Positions 9,805 to 19,963 of a stretch of 64,000 bases of DNA are shown here, piece by piece. Both the position numbers and the translations under genes were made by a program. A model generated the notes under the pieces. The model saw only the letters and a list, made by a program, of their open reading frames with translations, did no database searches and had not been told where the DNA came from. The stretch comes from Acidobacteriota bacterium. GTDB lineage: Bacteria; Acidobacteriota; UBA6911; RPQK01; JADFOI01. Positions within the stretch are counted from its first letter, which is position 1. The number at the start of each line of letters is the position of its first letter. The DNA lies in the NCBI GenBank assembly GCA_963663035.1, contig OY760074.1:214358-278357 (forward strand), read 5' to 3'.

Positions 9805-10031
9805 TCGGCGAGATCCCCGGAAAGACCTTCGTCGGCCAACTGCTGCTCAAAGGCTGGGTCGAGTTTTGCGCATTCTACGGCCAGTCGAGTGTGCTCAATT
9901 CGGCTCAGTTTCTCCTCCACGGCTTCTTGGATTGCACGACTACGATTGGGAAACCGGCGCTCAAGGACCAGGCTGTCGATTCGAGCTACCAGCTCATCGT
10001 CTAGTGTGATGGCAATCTTCGCTTTCCTCAT
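9789..10031 (-). CDS. Ribbon-helix-helix (CopG/MazE-like) antitoxin
   Basis: [20 protein letters not shown] is an RHH N-terminal strand-helix. Overlaps the toxin start by 16 nt. A longer MINCHTIAM extension to 10055 is possible. No clear SD for either start. Confidence 0.65.
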   Translation of the reverse strand: MRKAKIAITLDDELVARIDSLVLERRFPNRSRAIQEAVEEKLSRIEHTRLAVECAKLDPAFEQQLADEGLSGDLAEWPEY

Positions 10032-10038
10032 GGCTATG

Positions 10039-10057
10039 GTATGACAGTTTATCATAC
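10039..10057. promoter_or_regulatory. Palindrome GTATGA-N7-TCATAC at the antitoxin 5-prime end, candidate TA operator
   Basis: Perfect 6-bp inverted repeat directly upstream of (or overlapping, if the longer start is used) the antitoxin start. RHH antitoxins autoregulate via such operators. Confidence 0.3.
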
Positions 10058-10255
10058 TACAGCTTCAGCGGCGATCCTTGTAGGAACTCATTTATTTAAC
10101 CCCTTACCCATAACGACTGAGATTGCAGATCTGCGAAGGTTTTTTCCTTAAGGAATATCTGACTTAAGGGATTGGAAATCGAAGGCTAGGCTGCTATTAT
10201 TGAAGAAAGATTAGCGTCTATATGCTCAATCAAGCTGATATCTTTTGAGTTCACC

Positions 10256-12682
10256 ATGATCCTTTTCGTCGGCCCGCATTATGAGTCACCTAAAATGCTT
10301 AAAATCCTAAGGGTGACTGCCGTGCTCAGAACGATCTTGGGCTGGATGGGAATCGTCTTGTTGGGAGCCGGTTCCTTTCCGGCGGCCAGAGGGCAGTCCT
10401 TGAGTCCGGTCCCGTCACATGCCTCCGAGCAACGGGCGGTCCTGGATCGCTACTGCGTGGTGTGCCACAACGAACAAGCCCTGACGGCCGGACTGGCGCT
10501 CGACAATTTGGACATCGAGCAGGTCAGCGAAGGGGCGCCGGTGTGGGAGAAGGTGTTGCGCAAACTTCAGGGCCGAGCCATGCCTCCTGCGGGTATGCCT
10601 CGGCCCGATGAGGCCACCTACGAGTCCCTGGCCAACTACCTCGAAGGGGAACTGGATGGCGCCAGGCCCAACCCCGGCAGGCCCGTCCTCCATCGCCTCA
10701 ACCGTGCTGAGTACACCAACGCCATCCGCGATTTGGTGGCCTTGGAAATAGATGGAACGTCACTTCTTCCCGCCGATGATTCGGGCTATGGTTTTGACAA
10801 CATTGGCGACGTCCTCTCGGTGTCGCCCATGCTGCTGGAAAGATATATGTCAGCGGCACGGAAGATCAGTCGTCTCGCCATCGGAGATCACACGGGAAGT
10901 CCCGACTCACAAACCTATGATGTTTCCAGGTTCCTGGGCCAGGAGGACCGCACCAGCGACGAATTGCCCTTCGGCTCGCGAGGTGGAATCGCAGTTCGCC
11001 ATTTCTTCCCTCTCGATGGCGACTATCTCATCAAGGTCCGCCTGAAGACCACCTATGACGGCTCTACTGTTCTCGGCATCGCCGAGGAGCACCAGCTCGA
11101 CGTTCGCCTGGATCGCCTCGAAGTGGGACGATTCACCGTTGGTGGCATCGGGTTGGACGCTCCGCGATTCTCCCCGGTGGGGGAGGAGGCGCCGGATGCC
11201 CACCTGGAAGTCCGCATCCCGGTCACAGCTGGTCCGCACCTGGTCGGGGTCTCGTTCAAGAAGGAGACCTGGGCACGTGAACAGACGATTCTACCGACCT
11301 TCGCCAGTCTGGAGGGCGAGGAGCCTGGCGTGGGCAGTGTGACCATCCGTGGACCCTACAATCCTCAAGGGCCGGGGGAGACGTCCAGCCGGAGCAAGAT
11401 TTTTGTGTGCCGCCCCACCAGCAGCCAGGATGAGGAAGCCTGCGCCGGGAAGATTATCTCCGCCTTGGCACGTCTGGCCTATCGCCGTCCGATCGCGGAT
11501 GATGAGGTCCCCAACCTGCTCATTCCCTACCATGCCGGCCGCAGCGAGGATGGCTTTGAGGCGGGAATCGAATTGGCGCTTCAGAGAATCCTGGTCTCTC
11601 CAGAATTCTTGTTTCGCATCGAACAGGATCCGGAGAATCTACAGCCGGGTACCACCTATCCCATCAGCGATCTCGAGTTGGCCTCCCGCTTGTCGTTTTT
11701 TCTGTGGAGCAGCATACCCGACGGCCCGCTTCTGGATGTAGCGGTCAACGGACAACTCAAAGACTCCACCGTGCTGGAGACGCAGGTGGGTAGGATGCTG
11801 CGCGATCCCCGCTCCAGGGCCCTGGTGAGCAATTTCGCCGGACAGTGGCTGTTTCTGCGCAATATAGCGTCGGTGGCGCCCGATTTGGGGGAGTTCCCCG
11901 AATTCGACGAGAATCTGCGGGAAGCGCTCCAGCGGGAGACAGAGCTTTTCTTTGAAAGTATGCTGCAAGAGGACCACAGCGTGGTGGATCTGTTGGATGC
12001 CGACTACACCTTCCTGAACGAGCGTCTGGCCCGCCACTACGGTATTCCCAACGTCTACGGCAACCACTTTCGGCGGGTGACGCTGGAGCATGAGGAACGG
12101 AAAGGATTGTTGGGCAAGGGAAGTATTTTAACGGCCACCTCCTATGCCAACAGGACCTCCCCGGTTCTGCGAGGCAAGTGGGTCTTGGACAACGTTCTGG
12201 GCACACCGCCGCCGCCGCCGCCGCCCAACGTTCCGGAGTTGGAGGAAGCCAGCAGCGATGGCCAGCCTCGCACCATGCGCCAACGCATGGAAGAGCACCG
12301 TGCCAATCCCGCCTGTGCCGTTTGCCATGCGCGTATGGACCCGCTGGGCTTTGCCCTGGAGAACTTTGATGCCATCGGTGGGTGGCGGGCCACTGAAGCG
12401 GGCAGGCCGATTGATTCCTCGGGAGTTCTGCCTGACGGAACCCAGTTTGAGGGCGCCTCAGGACTGCGCGAGGTGTTACTGAGCCGCCGCGAGGAGTTCG
12501 TCAGGAACGTCACCGAAAAACTCCTGACCTACGCCCTGGGCCGAGGAACTGAGTATTACGATGCTCCGGCCGTGCGCTCCATTATGCGGGAGGCTGCTCC
12601 CAGCGACTACCGCTGGTCGTCGCTGATTGTGGGCATTGTCAAGAGCACGCCATTTCAAATGAGGAGGTCAGAAGAGCCATGA
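10256..12682 (+). CDS. DUF1592/DUF1595/DUF1587/DUF1585/DUF1588-type protein with c-type heme motifs (PSCyt-like)
   Basis: 808 aa. Signal-like N-terminus. CVVCH near the N-terminus (with LRKLQGRAMPP) and CAVCH near the C-terminus. This architecture is recurrent in Planctomycetes, Verrucomicrobia and Acidobacteria and is always paired with DUF1552. Confidence 0.7.
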   Translation: MILFVGPHYESPKMLKILRVTAVLRTILGWMGIVLLGAGSFPAARGQSLSPVPSHASEQRAVLDRYCVVCHNEQALTAGLALDNLDIEQVSEGAPVWEKVLRKLQGRAMPPAGMPRPDEATYESLANYLEGELDGARPNPGRPVLHRLNRAEYTNAIRDLVALEIDGTSLLPADDSGYGFDNIGDVLSVSPMLLERYMSAARKISRLAIGDHTGSPDSQTYDVSRFLGQEDRTSDELPFGSRGGIAVRHFFPLDGDYLIKVRLKTTYDGSTVLGIAEEHQLDVRLDRLEVGRFTVGGIGLDAPRFSPVGEEAPDAHLEVRIPVTAGPHLVGVSFKKETWAREQTILPTFASLEGEEPGVGSVTIRGPYNPQGPGETSSRSKIFVCRPTSSQDEEACAGKIISALARLAYRRPIADDEVPNLLIPYHAGRSEDGFEAGIELALQRILVSPEFLFRIEQDPENLQPGTTYPISDLELASRLSFFLWSSIPDGPLLDVAVNGQLKDSTVLETQVGRMLRDPRSRALVSNFAGQWLFLRNIASVAPDLGEFPEFDENLREALQRETELFFESMLQEDHSVVDLLDADYTFLNERLARHYGIPNVYGNHFRRVTLEHEERKGLLGKGSILTATSYANRTSPVLRGKWVLDNVLGTPPPPPPPNVPELEEASSDGQPRTMRQRMEEHRANPACAVCHARMDPLGFALENFDAIGGWRATEAGRPIDSSGVLPDGTQFEGASGLREVLLSRREEFVRNVTEKLLTYALGRGTEYYDAPAVRSIMREAAPSDYRWSSLIVGIVKSTPFQMRRSEEP

Positions 12683-14025
12683 TTATTACCAAGAAAGCCT
12701 TACCTCGCCGCACCTTTTTACGCGGTGTCGGCGCCACCCTGGCTTTGCCGCTGCTGGACTCCATGGTTCCGGCACTGGCGGCCGCACCCGCGGTCCAATC
12801 GCCGACCCGCCTGTCCGTTGTCTATGTTCCCAACGGAATGATCATGGACAAGTGGACTCCGGCGGCGCTGGGCTCCAATTACGAGTTGACGACGATTATG
12901 GAGCCCCTGGCTCCCTTTCGGGATGACATAACGGTGATGAGCGGACTGGCCCACAATACGGGTTGGGCGTTAGAAGGCGAAGGCCCGGGGGAACATGCCC
13001 GCGCCAGCGCCACTTTCCTGACGGGCGTTCACCCCAAGAAGACAGAGGGCGCCGATCTTCGCGCGGGGACTTCGATTGACCAGATCGTGGCCCGGGAATT
13101 CCGTCAGCACACCCAACTGGCGTCACTCGAGGTGGCCCTGGATTCCACCGATGTGGTGGGCACCTGCGACACCGGCTATAGCTGCGCCTACAGCAATACG
13201 CTCTGTTGGAGCAACCCCACCACGCCGGTACCGATGGAGAACAAGCCGCGCGCGGTATTCGAACGATTGTTTGGCGACAGTGACAGTACCGACCCGGCCC
13301 AGCTGCGTGCCCGGCGTCGGACCGACCGCAGCATTCTGGACCTGGTGAGCCAGGATGTCTCTCGTCTCCTGGGGCGGCTGGGGTCCAGGGACCGCGCCAA
13401 GCTGACCCAGTATCTCGATTCCATCCGTGATATTGAACGCCGCATTCAGATTGCCGAGGAACAGCCGGCCCGCGAGCTGCCCTCCGTGGAGCGGCCCGTA
13501 GGGGTTCCCCCGACCTTTACCGCACATTGCAAGCTCATGATGGATCTGCAGGTCCTGGCCTACCAGACCGATATGACCCGCGTCATCACCTTCATGATGG
13601 GCCGCGAGCAGAACACCCGAGTCTATAACGAGCTCGGCATCAAGGACGCCTACCACCCCCTGTCGCACCATCAGAACGATTCTGCCAAGATCGCCCAGGT
13701 GCTCCAGATCGACATCCTTCACAGTGAGATGTTCGCCTACTATCTGGAGAAGATGCGATCGACGCCTGACGGCGATGGCTCCCTGCTGGACCATTCGATT
13801 ATTCTCTACGGCAGTTCCTTGAGCGACGGCAACCTCCATGTCCACAACGATCTGCCCATCATGCTGGTGGGTGGGGGAGCCGGCCAACTCAAAGGAGGTC
13901 GTCACGTCCGCTATCCGGACGACACGCCGACCACCAATCTGTTCCTGACCCTGCTGGACAAGTTGAATATTCCCCTGGAGAACTTCGGCGACAGCACGGG
14001 AAGGCTCGATCTGCTGCCCGTCTAG
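12679..14025 (+). CDS. DUF1552 protein with Tat signal, partner of the DUF1592 family
   Basis: 448 aa. N-terminus RRTFLRGVGATLALPLL is a twin-arginine signal. Start overlaps the upstream stop (ATGA). Confidence 0.7.
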   Translation: MIITKKALPRRTFLRGVGATLALPLLDSMVPALAAAPAVQSPTRLSVVYVPNGMIMDKWTPAALGSNYELTTIMEPLAPFRDDITVMSGLAHNTGWALEGEGPGEHARASATFLTGVHPKKTEGADLRAGTSIDQIVAREFRQHTQLASLEVALDSTDVVGTCDTGYSCAYSNTLCWSNPTTPVPMENKPRAVFERLFGDSDSTDPAQLRARRRTDRSILDLVSQDVSRLLGRLGSRDRAKLTQYLDSIRDIERRIQIAEEQPARELPSVERPVGVPPTFTAHCKLMMDLQVLAYQTDMTRVITFMMGREQNTRVYNELGIKDAYHPLSHHQNDSAKIAQVLQIDILHSEMFAYYLEKMRSTPDGDGSLLDHSIILYGSSLSDGNLHVHNDLPIMLVGGGAGQLKGGRHVRYPDDTPTTNLFLTLLDKLNIPLENFGDSTGRLDLLPV

Positions 14026-14042
14026 AAGAAAGTGAGAGGAAG

Positions 14043-15536
14043 ATGAGTCACAAGATCAAAGGCCCCAAAGCCTCCTGCATGATTATTCTGCTGACCCTGT
14101 CGCTGGCCAGTCTGGTGGCAGCCAGCAGTGATCTTCAACTGGTGGAGGCGGTCGAGAGGGGAGACCGGGAGGGCGTGCGTTCGCTGCTGGAGCAAGATGC
14201 CGATGTCAATACCCCTCAGGCCGACGGAACGACGGCACTGCACTGGGCGGCCCACCGGGACGATCTGGAAACGGCGGAACTTTTAATGGCTGCCGGCGCA
14301 GACGTAAACGCCGCCAACAACTATGGCATCACTCCACTCTCTCTGGCCTGCACCAACGGCAGTGCGGCTATGGTCGCCAAGCTGTTGGAAGCCGGGGCCA
14401 ATGCCAACGCCGTCCAACAGACAGGAGAGACGGCCATCATGACGGCTGCCCAGACCGGCAACCTTGAGGTGGTGAATCTGCTGCTGGCCCACGGAGCGGA
14501 CGTCAATGGGCGGGAAACCCGGCGGGAACAGACGGCTTTGATGTGGGCAGTGGAGCAAAAGCACACGGGAGTGGTGCGTGCATTGATCGAGCGTGGAGCA
14601 GATGTTCACGCCCTTTCCAGGGGTGGATTTACGCCCTGGCTCTTTGCCGCCCAGCAGGGTGATCTGGACTCTGTTCAGGCGTTGATGGGAGCGGGTGTGG
14701 ACGTGAATACAACCTCGCCGCAATGGGGCAGTGCCCTGGTGGTATCGACCGCCCGCGGACATGAGGAGCTCTCATTATTTTTACTGGAGGAGGGCGCCGA
14801 TCCCAAAGCGGTGGACGGCAACGGGATCACCGCTTTGCACTACTCGGTGTTGAAAGGATTGGCGGTCTTCGCTGCCGCCCCCGCCCACTTAGGCGTCAAC
14901 GCCCACTTGTACCGGCCCAGCATGATGAAATTAGCGAGGGAGCTCCTGGAACGTGGGGCGAATCCGAACGCTCGAACCGTAACACGCCGTTTAAGGGGTG
15001 TCGGAGGTGGCGCCATGGTGGGTGTGGCCGGCTCCACTCCGCTTATGCTGGCCAGCGCAGCTGCCGATCCCGAACTGGTCCGTCTCCTGATCGAATGGGG
15101 GGGCGATGTCCGGCTGGGGACCTTTGGGGATTCAACTCCGCTGCTGTTGGCGGCGGGCATCGCCAACAAAATGGACCGCCCAAACAAACAGGAGTACGAG
15201 AACGCTCTGGAAGTCGCCAAGATGTTGGTCAAAGAGGGTGCCGACGTCAATGCCGTCGGCGAGAACGGCTGGACTCCACTGCACGGAGCTGCATACAGTG
15301 GAGCGGACGAGATCGTGCAGTTCCTGGTGGACAGCGGTGCCACGCTGGATCTGATTGACGTTTATCTACAGACGCCGTGGAGCATCGCGGAGGGCATTAT
15401 CGGGGCAGGCTTCGTGGCCTTCAGCAAGAAGCCATCCGGCCCCCACCCCAGTACGGCGAAGCTGCTTCTCGAACTGGGCTCCGATCCCAGGGTCGTTCCG
15501 AAGTTGCCGAAAAAGTACAAACAGATTTATCAGTGA
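14043..15536 (+). CDS. Secreted ankyrin-repeat protein
   Basis: 497 aa. Signal peptide, then at least 8 ANK repeats (GxTPLHxAA...GADVNA consensus repeated). Confidence 0.8.
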   Translation: MSHKIKGPKASCMIILLTLSLASLVAASSDLQLVEAVERGDREGVRSLLEQDADVNTPQADGTTALHWAAHRDDLETAELLMAAGADVNAANNYGITPLSLACTNGSAAMVAKLLEAGANANAVQQTGETAIMTAAQTGNLEVVNLLLAHGADVNGRETRREQTALMWAVEQKHTGVVRALIERGADVHALSRGGFTPWLFAAQQGDLDSVQALMGAGVDVNTTSPQWGSALVVSTARGHEELSLFLLEEGADPKAVDGNGITALHYSVLKGLAVFAAAPAHLGVNAHLYRPSMMKLARELLERGANPNARTVTRRLRGVGGGAMVGVAGSTPLMLASAAADPELVRLLIEWGGDVRLGTFGDSTPLLLAAGIANKMDRPNKQEYENALEVAKMLVKEGADVNAVGENGWTPLHGAAYSGADEIVQFLVDSGATLDLIDVYLQTPWSIAEGIIGAGFVAFSKKPSGPHPSTAKLLLELGSDPRVVPKLPKKYKQIYQ

Positions 15537-15589
15537 GATTGGAGCAACGGGTAGTCTGTCCCCACTTTTTATGGGAATGTGGGGAACTT

Positions 15590-15633
15590 GACTGAGGCAG
15601 GTAGGGGCTGTGCGCCCCTACCCCGTCTCAGTG
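15590..15633. repeat. REP-B palindromic element between convergent genes (short fused form)
   Basis: ACTGAGGCAGGTAGGGGCTGTGCGCCCCTACCCCGTCTCAGT. Corresponds to the two arms of the longer element at 48704-48786 with the middle deleted. Overlaps the TAG stop of the kinase gene. Likely bidirectional terminator. Confidence 0.4.
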
Positions 15634-17620
15634 GGAAAGCGAAGGCTGAATTCGGTGCCGGGCTTGCGGTTGGTGACATCCACATGGGCTCCCATGGCAT
15701 CCGCCAACATCTTCACCAGGGCCAGGCCGATTCCTGTGCCCCGGGTGGTCCGGGTCATCTCGTTGTCGATGCGGTAGAATTTCTCAAAGATGCTCTTGAG
15801 CTTCCGGCTGGGAATTCCGGGGCCAAAGTCTCTGACCCGAATATAGCAGTCCGTCCCTACCTGGCTCACCGTCAACACAATCTTCTTTGATTCGGCTTCT
15901 TTTGAAAACTTGATGGCATTATCGATGAGATTGATCAGGATCTGGGTCAGGGCATCGGTGTCCACCTGGATCGATTGGACCTCTCCTTCCGTGACGGTGG
16001 AAAACTCAAAGCCGGCTCTCTGAACCTGGTTGTTGAGTCGCTCCGTGATACTCGTGATCAATTCGACAGGATGTCGAGCCTCAAGATTGATTTGCCACTC
16101 GTTTCGCTCCAACTCGGCCAGGGTCAGTACATTTTGAATCAGCCGACTGAGTCGCTCACTCTCGTCATGGATGTGCTGGTAGTAGCGCTCCTTCTTCTCT
16201 TCTTCCACCCATCCTTCCATGAGGATCTCACCATACATTCGGATCGCAGTCAGTGGGGTTTTCAGCTCATGGCTGACCGCAGAAACGAAATCGCTCTTCT
16301 TTTGGGAAAGCTCCATCTGGCTGGTGGTCAGTCGATAGATTCCAAGAAGCCCCCCGAAGAACAGCAGTGAAAGGAAGACAGCCAGAACGTTCACCAGTTG
16401 ATGCGCCGGGCTTTGGGGAAGGTTGCCCACGGTAATGGCCAGTTGAAAGTCGCTGAGGGGATAGGGCAATGCGGAGCTGTGAAGGAGCAAGGGCTTTGGA
16501 TTGCTCGAATCACCTGCCTCCGGCTGCAAGATCTCCCCCTCGTAGAAGACGAGGTAAGAGGCCGTCTCCGGCAGCGCCGAGTTCAGAAGAGCTGGGTCCA
16601 GGTGGGCTTGGAGAAATTCTGTAAGGCTTGTGGCAAAGCCCTGAATGTATCGTCTCTCTTGTGCCCAAACACTCCTGTAGAGCACCAGCCAGTTCCTGTC
16701 AATGAGTTCGCTCTGAAAGGGATCCACTTCCGCCACCACTTCCGCTTCTGGTTGGACATCGGCATCTCGAGGTGCGAGCTGTTCGTCTCTCCTTCGGAGA
16801 GGACGGGGCTCTGGTTCTCCAGCCACCAGGCTGGACAGGTTATCTGCGCTCTGAGCGGATGCATTTCCCTTGGCCTCATCCAACTCGTCAGAGTAGGCGT
16901 CCTTGAGTTTGGAGTCAAAGACCTCGGCCTGCATGGGTGAGGTCTTCTGGACCCGGCGCTGGACACTCTCTTTCTTCTCCTCCACTTCACTGCTCACGCC
17001 CAGTCCAGGCTCTCTTGAGGCCTGCCTGGCGTACTCACTCTCCAGAGTGACGTCGACATTCGACTCCAGATTCTCCCTGAACTCTGAGAGGCTTTCCCCC
17101 ACAGAAGCAGGGGCTTCCTCCAGAATCAGGTCGTCCAGTTGAGCTCGCAATCCGGTGGACGGGGAGAAGGTGCGTCCCTCCAGCAGAGTGACGAGTTGGT
17201 CCCTCATCTGTTCACGCTCTTCCCTCTGGGGGACGACCATCCCACTGTCCGACACCCCATCCGGCAAGAGCGGACTGTGGAAGGTTCCGTCCGGATCAAT
17301 CTGGAAATAGCCCAGGATGCCCGGGATTTCCGATTGCACCGGAAAGCTGGCTAGCGGCGACAGGTTTAAGCCTTCCTGCTGCGGAACCGGCCGATCGGCA
17401 ACATGAATATAGCGGTAGTGGGTGTAAGGCCGCTGCTCTTCAACCAGGAGGTTCTCCTGTAGCCGCTGGTGGACCGTTGCCATCAGGCCCTCAGCAGTCC
17501 TGCGATAGAGGAAGAAGGACTCCTGCTCCAGATTGCTATAGGTGTGCCTTAGCAGGATCACCATGGGGACAGCCAGCAAGATGAAGAAAAGCGCGAAATA
17601 CAGACGCAGTCGTTTCATGC
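15618..17620 (-). CDS. Sensor histidine kinase with large N-terminal extracytoplasmic domain
   Basis: HisKA SHELKTPLTAI, HATPase N-box LINLIDNAIKFS and G-boxes GTGIGLALV. Start taken as MKRLRLYFALFFILLAV (TM helix). The ORF-track extension to 17765 is regarded as spurious. Confidence 0.75.
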
Positions 17621-18325
17621 TTCCCCCTTTACTTGGTAGCCCTCGCCACGAACCGTCACCAGCAACTGGGGTTGAGTGGAATCGATCTCGATTTTGCGCC
17701 GCAGCTTGGCTATGTGGATATCGACCGTTCGGGTTTCGACATAGTCGACATTGCCGTAGCCCCACACTTCCTGCAGCAGTTCCTTCCGCGAGACCGGGCG
17801 GGCTGCCCGGCTGAGGTACACCAGGATCTCTAGCTCGCGCCGGGTGAAGAGGATCTCTTCCCCATCTCTTTTGCCCATCAGATGTTCCGGGTGAATGAGG
17901 AGATCTCCTAGACTGAAAGCATTCATGTCTGTGTGGAGTTTGCCCGATCGCCTCAGAACGGCCTCCACTCGCGCCAGAAGCTGCCCGACCGAGAAAGGTT
18001 TCGGAATGTAATCGTCTGTTCCCAGTTTGAGGCCCCGGATGATGTCTTCTTCGGAGGTCTTGGCTGTCAGCATGATGATGGGCAAGTGCCGGTCCACCTC
18101 ACGGATTCGATTACAAATGCTAAAGCCATCCAGACCGGGAAGCATGATATCCAGGAGTATCAGGTGATAGTCACCACTGAGGGCCATCTCCAGAGCAGCA
18201 TGACCTTCCACTGCGGTCTCCACCTGGTAGCCATTATAGACAAAGACATCGGTCAGTCCCTGAAGGATCGACTCCTCATCTTCTATGATCAGCAGTTTTG
18301 GCTTGGCCGGCTTCATGTCTTTCAT
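17615..18325 (-). CDS. OmpR/PhoB-family response regulator
   Basis: Start MKDMKPAKPKLLIIEDE (ATG at 18325). Receiver domain (D in LILLDIMLPGLDG), winged-helix C-terminus (VDIHIAKLRRKI). Overlaps the kinase gene by 6 nt. Confidence 0.8.
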   Translation of the reverse strand: MKDMKPAKPKLLIIEDEESILQGLTDVFVYNGYQVETAVEGHAALEMALSGDYHLILLDIMLPGLDGFSICNRIREVDRHLPIIMLTAKTSEEDIIRGLKLGTDDYIPKPFSVGQLLARVEAVLRRSGKLHTDMNAFSLGDLLIHPEHLMGKRDGEEILFTRRELEILVYLSRAARPVSRKELLQEVWGYGNVDYVETRTVDIHIAKLRRKIEIDSTQPQLLVTVRGEGYQVKGEA

Positions 18326-18348
18326 TCTAATGCCTTTCTGCTCGTTTG

Positions 18349-18364
18349 TGTGTAAACACTTTGT
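18349..18364. promoter_or_regulatory. GTAAA-N6-GTAAA direct repeat in the RR/VWA divergent promoter region
   Basis: GTAAACACTTTGTAAA. Same pentamer family as the motifs at 26250-26279 and 44241-44255. CpxR-type OmpR-family regulators bind GTAAA-N5-GTAAA. Confidence 0.3.
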
Positions 18365-18490
18365 AAAAGTTGGCGCCTGCCTTTTTACCGAGAGTTGTCT
18401 ACTAATTTGTTCTGTGGATCGGTCAGTATGGGTATGAGCGAAATGGCGTTCACAAACAACCAAAACCAAGACAACTGAAAGGAGAACAAC

Positions 18491-19963
18491 ATGAACGTAC
18501 TAACCAGGTTTCAAACATTTGGAAAATCTCGACGGGGCGGCATCCTGGCCTTACTGCTCGGTATCCTGGCCACAGTCCTCTGGGTGCAGGTTCGAGCGGG
18601 AGCCTTTCCGGGATACCCTCACGTGGGTGGTGTCGACCCTCAGCCGTCTGTCCACCCCAAAACGGGTGTCCAGTTCCAGGCGTCCCTCTCCCAGCCGATG
18701 ATCGTCCAGGGAAGTGATGGCACGGTCTACTTGGACCTGTCTGTCGTTACTCCCAAGATCTCGCGGCCGGACATCTTGAGGATGCCCACCGACACCATCG
18801 TGGTCCTGGATCGCAGCGGTTCCATGGCAGAGGACAACAAGTGGATGTTTGCCACCCAAGCTGTCCACTCGCTCCTGGACCGCCTCATGTCCGGAGACCG
18901 CATCGCTTTGGTGACCTTCGACACCCACGCCCGTGTCCAATCGCAATTGGTCTCGGCCAACGAAACGAACATCCAGCGCTTTAGAGATATCGTGAACAGC
19001 CTGAGTCCCGGAGCTTCGACCAATCTGGGCGACGGACTCCTGGCCGCCGAAAGGATGGCAGCAGCTTTACGCGTATCAGAGCGGGGGCGACGAGTCATCC
19101 TTCTGTCCGATGGTCAGGCCAATGTTGGTATCTCCCACCCGCTGGAACTCAATGCCATTGCCCGACGGATTGCGGATCAGGGCAGCATTCTTTCCACTGT
19201 TGGCATGGGACTGGGATTCAACGAGAACCTCCTGGCTTCCCTGGCTGACAACGGCATGGGCAGCTTCAGTTATCTCGAGCATCTGGAATCGCTGGGTACG
19301 ATCCTGGCCCAGGAGCTGGATGACTCCCGCGACGTCTACGCCGATAGTTCCCAGATGCGAATTCATCTCCCCATGGGTGTGGAGCTTGTGGAGGCCTCCG
19401 GTTATCCCTTTGTTCTGGAGGGAAGAACGGCCGTTATCCGGACCGGTCAGCTTTTCCAGGATAGTAACAAAAGCTTTATGGCCACTCTCCGGGTTGCCAA
19501 TCACGTGCCCGCTGAGTACACGCTGGGCAACATCGACTTGAGCTACCGGGTGGACGGTCATTCCTACAAACAGGAAGTCGAATCGTCAGGATTGACCATC
19601 GCCTGCGTTCCCGCAGAGCGAGAAGAGGAAGCGGTGGCTTCGATCGACAAGGATGTCTATCGGGACGCCTGGATCAGGAACAACCTGGGCTCGGTCATGA
19701 GAGAAGTGGGTGACTTCGTTCGCAAAGGAGACCGGCAACAAGCCGAGGAGCTGCTGGAAGACTATAAAGAACGCCTGGAGGAAGCAGATCAGGCCGTGCC
19801 CGGTATAAAGAAGGAGGCAACTGCTCAACTGGACGAGCTGAAAGCCAGAGTCGACGATGCCTTCCAGGGCCCCGCCCAGAGAGCCAAGCAGAACCGTGCC
19901 GCCAAGGCCTTCCTGGGTGAGAGTCAGGAGCTTCAAAGAGAAGTCAACAAGAACAACAACTAG
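18491..19963 (+). CDS. von Willebrand factor type A (VWA) domain membrane protein
   Basis: 490 aa. N-terminal TM. MIDAS motif DRSGSM ... SDG ... Coiled-coil/charged C-terminus. The stop TAG is the last 3 nt of the CTAG that flanks IS copy 1. Confidence 0.75.
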   Translation: MNVLTRFQTFGKSRRGGILALLLGILATVLWVQVRAGAFPGYPHVGGVDPQPSVHPKTGVQFQASLSQPMIVQGSDGTVYLDLSVVTPKISRPDILRMPTDTIVVLDRSGSMAEDNKWMFATQAVHSLLDRLMSGDRIALVTFDTHARVQSQLVSANETNIQRFRDIVNSLSPGASTNLGDGLLAAERMAAALRVSERGRRVILLSDGQANVGISHPLELNAIARRIADQGSILSTVGMGLGFNENLLASLADNGMGSFSYLEHLESLGTILAQELDDSRDVYADSSQMRIHLPMGVELVEASGYPFVLEGRTAVIRTGQLFQDSNKSFMATLRVANHVPAEYTLGNIDLSYRVDGHSYKQEVESSGLTIACVPAEREEEAVASIDKDVYRDAWIRNNLGSVMREVGDFVRKGDRQQAEELLEDYKERLEEADQAVPGIKKEATAQLDELKARVDDAFQGPAQRAKQNRAAKAFLGESQELQREVNKNNN

